From a virus (taxonomy: Duplodnaviria; Caudoviricetes): a stretch of DNA of 53,690 bases. Positions 47,003 through 53,690 of this stretch are shown here, piece after piece; the first letter of the stretch is position 1; each line of letters begins with the position of its first letter. The position numbers were made by a program, and so were the translations under genes. The stretch lies in the IMG/VR virus record IMGVR_UViG_3300037756_000111, positions 1 through 53,690 of that record, one strand, 5' to 3'. Under the pieces are notes generated by a model. The model was not told where the DNA came from and did not search any database. It saw only the letters and a program-made list of their open reading frames with translations.

Positions 47003-47944
47003 TCAAGCGTCGATGCTCGTATCCACAAACCGGCGCACACGCTCCGGCCGATAGATCGAACCCCCGAAGTCCTGGCGACCGATGTAGTGCCAGTACCAGT
47101 TGTCGGCCTCGACGTACTCCTTCGTCTTCAGCCCACCGTAGGTGGCGAAGAGTCCAGCGTCATTGGCGAGGACATACAACTCGTTGGCAGGAATGTAGGA
47201 CTCCCCATCCTGGTCGGTGAAGTTCCGAACCGAGATGATGGTCGCACCCTTGTAGACACCGAGGCGTCCACGCAAGCGGATTTCCTCCAGAGCCTCATCG
47301 GCAAAGCCAGTGAATTCCGTGATCTGTTCCGTCATCTGTGGGCGACCATAAATGGTCACTGCACCTGAGAGAGACTCGTCCCGGACCTCACGGATCGCCT
47401 GGTTGAGGGCTGCCTGAGACAGACCTGCACCAGAGATGTAGTAAGGCGAAACACTGTCAATCGCAGCTTCCACCAGGGCCTTGATTTGCTGGTTCACAGC
47501 AAAGTCCAGCCGACGAACGATCAAGGAACGCATTTCCGCCGTGGTCTTGGCGAAGTTTGCCTCCATGTGATCCTCGAATTCGTACACGTGGAAACCCAGC
47601 GTGTCACGTGGGATCTCCATCGTCTCGGAGACCATCGAGCTTGCCTCGATGTGGCCACCCTTGGCAATGTAGAAGACCCGCAGACCAGTCTCTTCCTGGA
47701 GGAATACACGGTCGGTAAACCCGACCCGATCCACCCGGACCACCTGATCGTAGAAGGTTTCGAATTGGAAACCCTCGAGGATCGACTGTGTGAGAACCGC
47801 AGCCATTTCCTTCCGCCATTCCGGCCTATGCCAGTTGGCGGCAGCTTCGGCGTTCACCTTGTTGATTAGCTCGGTTGCCTTGGCCCGTTCCTCAGCGGAG
47901 CGTCCGTAGTTGTCGAGCAAGTTCTTCAGAGTCGACATCGTCAC
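47003..47944 (-). CDS. Major capsid protein
   Basis: 313 aa, follows scaffold and decoration genes, GRLGVYKGATII pattern, downstream terminator. Confidence 0.85.
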   Translation of the reverse strand: MTMSTLKNLLDNYGRSAEERAKATELINKVNAEAAANWHRPEWRKEMAAVLTQSILEGFQFETFYDQVVRVDRVGFTDRVFLQEETGLRVFYIAKGGHIEASSMVSETMEIPRDTLGFHVYEFEDHMEANFAKTTAEMRSLIVRRLDFAVNQQIKALVEAAIDSVSPYYISGAGLSQAALNQAIREVRDESLSGAVTIYGRPQMTEQITEFTGFADEALEEIRLRGRLGVYKGATIISVRNFTDQDGESYIPANELYVLANDAGLFATYGGLKTKEYVEADNWYWHYIGRQDFGGSIYRPERVRRFVDTSIDA

Positions 47945-47952
47945 ACCCCCTT

Positions 47953-48540
47953 TCAGACCAAGATCTCTGCGTCGAGTTCATCCCTATCCGGGTAGACCGC
48001 AGTCACCCGCATGAAGGCCTCAGCCGCATCTACTGTCACCGTGTAAAAGTCGTTGGTGTCGTCCCAACCCAGAAGCTCACCGACAGTGACAGTCGGAGTC
48101 GCGAGACTCAGACCGTCCACCATGATGACTTCATCCCGAGTATTGGGGAAGTTAAGCCCCGGCTCGGTTGTGGCTTCGGCAGTGTTCCGGAACCAAACCT
48201 TCACGCCCGGGCCACTGATGACCTGGACCATCCGGTTGTTTGGAACCCACCAAAGATCCTGTACTAGCTGACCAGCGGCAGCACCAAAGCGAGGATCGTT
48301 GTACGTCTGCGAATCATGCTCATAGAGGACAATTCCACACTTGTTCAAACGAACATCGCCACCACCACCGATAGCGGTCAGCGTTGCCTCCCTGACGCGA
48401 TCGGGATCGTTCGGATCCTGCTCGACAAAGGTTCCAATGCGAAGCGTTGTACCGCTCGCAGGCGAACGGAGGCGGCCTTCCCGAACGATATTCGTGAATC
48501 GCCGGAAACCAAAGTTGCGAGTATCTGTGCTCGAACCCAT
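47953..48540 (-). CDS. Capsid decoration/cement protein (putative)
   Basis: Position between scaffold and capsid. Confidence 0.6.
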   Translation of the reverse strand: MGSSTDTRNFGFRRFTNIVREGRLRSPASGTTLRIGTFVEQDPNDPDRVREATLTAIGGGGDVRLNKCGIVLYEHDSQTYNDPRFGAAAGQLVQDLWWVPNNRMVQVISGPGVKVWFRNTAEATTEPGLNFPNTRDEVIMVDGLSLATPTVTVGELLGWDDTNDFYTVTVDAAEAFMRVTAVYPDRDELDAEILV

Positions 48541-48558
48541 ATCAGCTCACCCCCTCTC

Positions 48559-49191
48559 TCAAATCTTGCCGACTAGGGCAGGCACAACACCGAAGAAGTC
48601 TTTGATGACATCCACCTCTTCGTTGCCTTCGCCCGCAGTCGAGCGGGTACCGTCGAAGTCCGACTTCTTACCACCGTCGTCCTTCTTCTCTTCCTTCTTG
48701 CCCCCATTGACTTTCGCTACTTCGCGAATGTCGTCGAGGTAAGCCTTGAAATCGCCTTCGGACAGCGCAGCCCATTGGGCCTTACGTGCCTCGATCTGCT
48801 CGTCTGAGAAATTGACCTCAGCCTTGACGAGCTTGGCCCGCTCAGAAGCAAGGGCGTCGAGACGAGCCTTCTCGTCACGGGCGTTGATATCGGACTCAAG
48901 GTCCTTGATCTTCGCATCCTTCTCGTCGGCTTCCTTCTCAAAGGCCATGACTCGCTCGTTGAGCTTCAACACTTCGGCATCCACCGAGGCTGTCGCTTCC
49001 TTGCGGGCCTTCTCAATGGCAGAGGCAAGGAGCTGCTCATGCTGCTCCTGCGTGAAGATCTTGTCTCCTTCAGCCACTTCTTCCTTCTCCTGATCGGGTT
49101 CTTTGCAAAACTTGCAACTGGCAATCTCGTGACTTGCGTCATCTGGTTTGTTGACCAGCAACCAGTCATGTACGACTTTTTCAGTGCTCAT
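48559..49191 (-). CDS. Scaffolding protein
   Basis: Charged coiled coil upstream of the capsid genes. Confidence 0.75.
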   Translation of the reverse strand: MSTEKVVHDWLLVNKPDDASHEIASCKFCKEPDQEKEEVAEGDKIFTQEQHEQLLASAIEKARKEATASVDAEVLKLNERVMAFEKEADEKDAKIKDLESDINARDEKARLDALASERAKLVKAEVNFSDEQIEARKAQWAALSEGDFKAYLDDIREVAKVNGGKKEEKKDDGGKKSDFDGTRSTAGEGNEEVDVIKDFFGVVPALVGKI

Positions 49192-49197
49192 TCTGCA

Positions 49198-49218
49198 TCC
49201 TTCAGGTGAAGCTTAACA
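49198..49218 (-). repeat. Near-copy of the 22-nt repeat (TGTTAAGCTTCACCTGAAGGA)
   Basis: 19 of 21 positions match; preceded by hairpin 49219-49238. Confidence 0.8.
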
Positions 49219-49242
49219 CCCATTACCCAAATAATGGGAGAT

Positions 49243-49986
49243 TTAACCGTCCAACACTTTCAGCATCAACTGCTCCCAGTCATTAGACGTATACGGGTAC
49301 GAATCTCGAGAAGCATAAGAGACCAATTCCCGAGCCAATTCAGCCTCAGCGTCTGGCCACGCCGGACGTTCTGGAGGAAAAATCAGGGCTCCACCTAAAA
49401 AGGTTGGATTAATAAACCGGCGAGGCGCGACTCCCGAGGACGCCATATGGACACATGTTTGAGCCGCGGCCATTGCATAAGGAAAGACCTCGTCACAAGT
49501 CAAACATTGAGTCGATTCAGCAACACATTCCATCGACCACCAGAGCTGCTTCTTCTCATTCGACTCTCGAACCTTATCCGCAACCTCAGGAAAGTTGGCA
49601 GCCCAGACCAACCCAAGAACCTGAATCTCGGGAATCAGGCGGTCGGCGGCCTTCTCACCTTCGCCGACCACCTTCTCCTCGCGATGAACGATCTTCGACT
49701 GAACAATGGTCCCAATGGCTGTGTCCCATTTGTGAAGCGCATTGACCGGAACATACTGGATGGACTGCTGACCCTTCTGAAGATCATCGAACGTCCAGTA
49801 GTGACCATTCTTGTTCGCCCTATTCGCCTGGACATAGCGACCTGCCACCCACAAGTAACTCTGATTGAGGCCCTTGGTGTCCAGTTCAGCCGCGAGCTCT
49901 CGAGGCATGTCCACTGGACCGGACACTATGAAGGCTTCGGCTGTGGCATAAATCTTGTTGTTGATCGGCGTCAATAATTCCATCAT
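49243..49986 (-). CDS. Prohead protease (putative)
   Basis: ANKNG, PVNALH...IG, WSMEC, PAWPDA; lies between portal and scaffold. Confidence 0.7.
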   Translation of the reverse strand: MMELLTPINNKIYATAEAFIVSGPVDMPRELAAELDTKGLNQSYLWVAGRYVQANRANKNGHYWTFDDLQKGQQSIQYVPVNALHKWDTAIGTIVQSKIVHREEKVVGEGEKAADRLIPEIQVLGLVWAANFPEVADKVRESNEKKQLWWSMECVAESTQCLTCDEVFPYAMAAAQTCVHMASSGVAPRRFINPTFLGGALIFPPERPAWPDAEAELARELVSYASRDSYPYTSNDWEQLMLKVLDG

Positions 49987-51620
49987 CTCTCCCCTGCCGG
50001 TCGCGGCGGCCCATTCTCCTGAGGCTGCGGTCCGGCCCCCGGCGGCTTGCCTCCCGTTCTCCCAGACCCACCCGGAGTGGTCTTATCAGGAGAGTCAAAT
50101 GGTACGTTGACCGGCGTGAAAATCTTGTCATACTTCTCGGCTTCGATCTCACGGTTGTGAGCCTCCATCTCCTGATTGAAGTTGAACTCGGTAAGCACGG
50201 TCTCTCTGGAAAGATCGCCACGATCCCGAAGTTCCTGAATCAGAGTGATGAGAGCAGGATCGAGCTGAAGCTCCATCTGCCGAGGGGCAAACTCGATAGA
50301 GGTAGACGCCGAAAACTTTGCCCTTTCATTGATCGGATGTTCCGATATGGCACGAATCAATTCTTTCTCAATTGTCCGCTTCAACATATGACGCCTTGAG
50401 GCCAGGCCCCTAGCAATGACCCGGCCCAAGGTGATCGACGTTTCGCGGTTAGAGGTTTCGGACGGCAACTGGAACGTGCCCCAGAGTCTCATCATGATGC
50501 GCTCATCGAGAACGGTCCACTTGTCCTTATCAAGGACGTGCTCAACCTCAGGAGTAATGATCTCAATGGCTATCCGATGATCAGACACAATGACAGGAGA
50601 GCGCGAATGCGTCCTCATCAATGCCGTAGTGCTATCAACCTCTGCCTTGGTGGTAGGCCTCTCGTCGGTCCCTCTCGTCACCAGGACAATGAAGTTGATA
50701 CCACCACGTACCCAGGCACGGTCCATTTCCCGGAGATGAGTCTTCAAATCGAGGAGCGGGAAGATTCCCTTCATGCGAAGCTTGGCCCACCGCTCATAAG
50801 GCGAGCGCGTCAGGGTATGGCGAAAGACCATATCGGGATTGAGTTCCCACAAATTGTCTATAGGAATATTCTCCTTTTGGAGATCCGCCTCTTCCTTTTT
50901 GGTGGGCTTGTACTTCCCGACAATGAGTTTGGCAACCAGACCGATGTCACTTGCCAGATTCTGGAACTGCTCTTGTTCCCATTCGTTGGCTATCCACGCC
51001 AGCCTGGCGTTGCCAAAGATATCGTTGGCTACCGGCACCACTCGAGTCGGATCCAAGAACCCCAAATCGGTAGGCACCATCAAGCCATATGTCTTTCTCT
51101 TGGCACGAACATCGCCCTGGCCCTCAACCTTGTATTCCTTGAAGCCCCAATTCCGAACCCCATAAAACTGAGAACAGGTAAACAACTCACGCCATGCAAC
51201 GCGCAGCCAGTCGTCAAGATTCAAATCGCGACCAATCTGAGACCAGACAGTGTCTTGATCCTCGTCGTCACATTGGAAAGCAACCTTCTGAAAAGCAATC
51301 GCCTCTGAGGTATCGGCAACCGCCCCGACGATGTCATCGTCTAATGCTTGATAAGCAAGAGCCATCTGCTCGAACACCTTGCCAGGGGTGACGTAACGAT
51401 CCCGAGGCCAATAAGAATCTCGGTCACGCACCTTCCCATCCGACGTATATGTCTGCTGATAATCCTCCGCCCAAGCAGCAAGGGCCCTAGTCACCTGCGG
51501 AGAAAAAGCAGCAAGACGATCACCCACCTCACCATTGAGAGCGGACTCAACCTCTTCTGGGTCTATCTCAGAAGAGATCAAGACTCCGTCTTTAACAATT
51601 GCCTCAGAAGCACTAGTCAT
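49983..51620 (-). CDS. Portal protein
   Basis: 545 aa, follows terminase, LDPTRV and RGDLSRET patterns. Confidence 0.8.
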   Translation of the reverse strand: MTSASEAIVKDGVLISSEIDPEEVESALNGEVGDRLAAFSPQVTRALAAWAEDYQQTYTSDGKVRDRDSYWPRDRYVTPGKVFEQMALAYQALDDDIVGAVADTSEAIAFQKVAFQCDDEDQDTVWSQIGRDLNLDDWLRVAWRELFTCSQFYGVRNWGFKEYKVEGQGDVRAKRKTYGLMVPTDLGFLDPTRVVPVANDIFGNARLAWIANEWEQEQFQNLASDIGLVAKLIVGKYKPTKKEEADLQKENIPIDNLWELNPDMVFRHTLTRSPYERWAKLRMKGIFPLLDLKTHLREMDRAWVRGGINFIVLVTRGTDERPTTKAEVDSTTALMRTHSRSPVIVSDHRIAIEIITPEVEHVLDKDKWTVLDERIMMRLWGTFQLPSETSNRETSITLGRVIARGLASRRHMLKRTIEKELIRAISEHPINERAKFSASTSIEFAPRQMELQLDPALITLIQELRDRGDLSRETVLTEFNFNQEMEAHNREIEAEKYDKIFTPVNVPFDSPDKTTPGGSGRTGGKPPGAGPQPQENGPPRPAGER

Positions 51621-51967
51621 CTCGAAAGCTCCACATCTTGACGCCGCACCTCGATAAGGCGCGAAGCCCCCCTCGAGTAAAACTCAATTAGATCCATGAC
51701 CTTTTGGAGTTGCATGGTTCGGAAGACCTTCGCCTTGCGATGATCGTTTTCGATCCTGACCATCTGTAGATAAATCTCGGTACAGCGGGCCATCAAGGCC
51801 ATCGACAGCACCAAAGCCTGATCGGGACGCTCCGAATCGCAGGACATGACCGCTGCGACCATCTCGTCTAGCTCTTCTTCCAGAGTCGCCTGTGGCGTCA
51901 AGTTGGCAATGATTTGTTCCCCCCGGCCTGGACGCGGACCGGTGTTCTTCACCTGAAGGATCGTCAT
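51617..51967 (-). CDS. Hypothetical helical protein
   Basis: Between terminase and portal; ATGA overlap. Confidence 0.7.
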   Translation of the reverse strand: MTILQVKNTGPRPGRGEQIIANLTPQATLEEELDEMVAAVMSCDSERPDQALVLSMALMARCTEIYLQMVRIENDHRKAKVFRTMQLQKVMDLIEFYSRGASRLIEVRRQDVELSR

Positions 51968-51987
51968 AACCCTAGGTTACACCATAC

Positions 51988-53607
51988 CTAAGCAAAGCTA
52001 AGGGGAATGAACTCCGAAGCTGAAGTCACCTTCTGAAGCTGTTCGAGCAGCATCAGCTCTTTGCCCACCACCATCATGGCTGCCGCATCCAACGTGTGAA
52101 ACTTGCCCCGAGCGAAGATTTTCTTCCCATAAGGGTTAGTTTCGGAACGATCCGGAACCCAAGTCTGACCCTGCCATTCACCCAGAAGCTCACGATCCCA
52201 AGGAAGAATGACCTTCTTCAGGTCTACGTAGTCCCTCAACTTGTCATAACCAAATTCCTTCGCAGGACGCTTGATTTCAAACTCCTCAGGATCTTGCCAA
52301 TCTTCATGTGGAAGGAAACCCACAACCACCTTCTCATCGGCGTTATAACCCTTCACTCGCGAAACCAGATTCGCCGAAGCCCTTTGGATCTCCTGATAGA
52401 CCGGGAGGCCAAGGCCTCCTCGGTCGAGAGTCAAGAGCCTCAAGTCGTAATACTGGAAGAGCAGATCAACCACTCGACGCTGATCTGGAGAGCTAATACG
52501 CTCGAGATGGATCCTCGACAGAAGCCTCAAGACCACATCAGCCTTGCCCTTGACCACCTCCTCCCCAAAGATCAGAATCTCCGAAGGCGCGTTAGTCAGC
52601 CCAATGTCCATGCCAGCCCAGGTGTTCTTCCACGCCTTATGGGAACCAGGGGGGAGCAACAACATCTCCATCGGCTGAGCGCGCAGCATCTCGTCGGTTA
52701 TGCGGCGGTAGTAATAGATCTCCTGGTTGTACTCGGACTCAAGCTGGTCATCGACCGTGGCCATCAGGCGGAACAAGACAAACAGCGGGTTGGTGGCGTC
52801 ACCATGCTGGCCCAAGATGTTCCTCTTGTAATCAGGCGAGTCCCTGGTCCCGTAGGCCTCGATCTTGGCATCCCGCTCCTCCGTGTTCCAAGTAGGCCTG
52901 TGCATTCCCGTTATGACGTGAACAACCCAGCCCGAATCTGGCTGGGAGTGGCGATAGAACTCGTCTCGAACCCCGCGGGACACGCCGTGAGCGCGCCACT
53001 GAGCACCCTCCTCGCCGTGGCGAAGGGTCTCAATGACTTCAGTCCATCCGGGAGCTGGGAAGTCCTGACCTTCGTCTAGCTCGAGCTTGAGCGGGTGGAG
53101 ACCCTTCATGCCACGCCCGTCACGCTGGGGAATCCGGCCCAGGATCTTGGCTCCGTTCAAGAAGTTCACGTGAAAGGGGCGATGCTTAAATCCCAGGCCA
53201 ACACGCTTGGGCAGCAACTCTCTAGTGATTCTGGTTTCCTTGATCCGGTCTTCGATACGACTCGTAAGCGGATCAAGGTGAATGAGTTCCGGAGCGGTGA
53301 TAACCATCTCTGCCCCTGGATGCTGGATCGGGAAGGCCCAGGCCCGCAGGATGATCGACATGGTCTTGCCAACCGCGCGACCACAAGCGTCAATGATCTG
53401 CGTAGGCTGTTCGTATAGGGGCTTACCCGCTACGAAACTATTACGCCACCAGGCATACTGGAAGTCCCAGCATCGAAAAATCTTCTCCTCGTTGTCTGCC
53501 ATCTGGTCTTCCCACATGAACTCAGCGAGGTCGATGCCGGCGGAGTCTTCGATCATTGCGATCAGGTAGGACTCAGCTACGGATAACCCTATCGGTTGTA
53601 CTGCCAT
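51988..53607 (-). CDS. terL: Terminase large subunit
   Basis: GRAVGKT, LELDEGQ, RNase H-like GMDIG, LDRGG, HTLDA. Confidence 0.92.
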   Translation of the reverse strand: MAVQPIGLSVAESYLIAMIEDSAGIDLAEFMWEDQMADNEEKIFRCWDFQYAWWRNSFVAGKPLYEQPTQIIDACGRAVGKTMSIILRAWAFPIQHPGAEMVITAPELIHLDPLTSRIEDRIKETRITRELLPKRVGLGFKHRPFHVNFLNGAKILGRIPQRDGRGMKGLHPLKLELDEGQDFPAPGWTEVIETLRHGEEGAQWRAHGVSRGVRDEFYRHSQPDSGWVVHVITGMHRPTWNTEERDAKIEAYGTRDSPDYKRNILGQHGDATNPLFVLFRLMATVDDQLESEYNQEIYYYRRITDEMLRAQPMEMLLLPPGSHKAWKNTWAGMDIGLTNAPSEILIFGEEVVKGKADVVLRLLSRIHLERISSPDQRRVVDLLFQYYDLRLLTLDRGGLGLPVYQEIQRASANLVSRVKGYNADEKVVVGFLPHEDWQDPEEFEIKRPAKEFGYDKLRDYVDLKKVILPWDRELLGEWQGQTWVPDRSETNPYGKKIFARGKFHTLDAAAMMVVGKELMLLEQLQKVTSASEFIPLSFA

Positions 53608-53690
53608 GATCGAACTATAACCTTCACCCGAAGAACACGTGTTTCCGGGAAGTCGATTACCTTCCCAGCGGGGTGACCTAAACGGATACC

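Noticed and set aside
34198-53569. Long + strand ORFs opposite structural genes (e.g. 38558-39637, 52096-53079)
   Set aside because: Antisense shadows of codon-biased genes, with no motifs or RBS.
1-53690. Genome-wide reassignment of TGA
   Set aside because: Dozens of genes end in TGA with ATGA/GTGA/TGATG coupling and the long genes contain no internal TGA. Only two local cases were found.

Overview
A 53.7-kb piece of a tailed dsDNA phage (siphovirus gene set, moderately GC-rich). The host is probably an Actinomycetota member, which is inference only. The left arm (1-13.2 kb, + strand) is a dense accessory region: polynucleotide kinase/phosphatase, many small Cys/His-rich proteins, a nucleotidyltransferase, an SPFH protein, a RuvB-like ATPase, a SLOG protein and tRNA-His. 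The right arm (- strand, read from 53.6 kb down) runs terminase, portal, protease, scaffold, capsid, tail tube, tail chaperone with -1 frameshift, tape measure, Dit, Tal with an M15 peptidase, paralogous tail-tip proteins and a metallophosphoesterase. It continues with an inverted two-methylase cassette, RmlB-like dehydratase, Cas4-like nuclease, Sak4-like ATPase, SSB-like protein, primase-helicase, lysis genes, RmlD-like reductase and HNH. No integrase or DNA polymerase is visible. Best leads: (1) a candidate phage selenoprotein at 844-1221, with an in-frame UGA where Cys is expected and a SECIS-like hairpin; (2) a strongly over-represented parS-like palindrome TTCA-NN-TGAA, with long copies behind hairpins upstream of late genes; (3) a dispersed family of small 'FDGxW' metal-binding paralogues; (4) a second apparent UGA read-through in a holin-like gene; (5) a stand-alone peptide resembling the NrdJ C-terminal tail. 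All calls come from reading motifs by eye; no searches were run.
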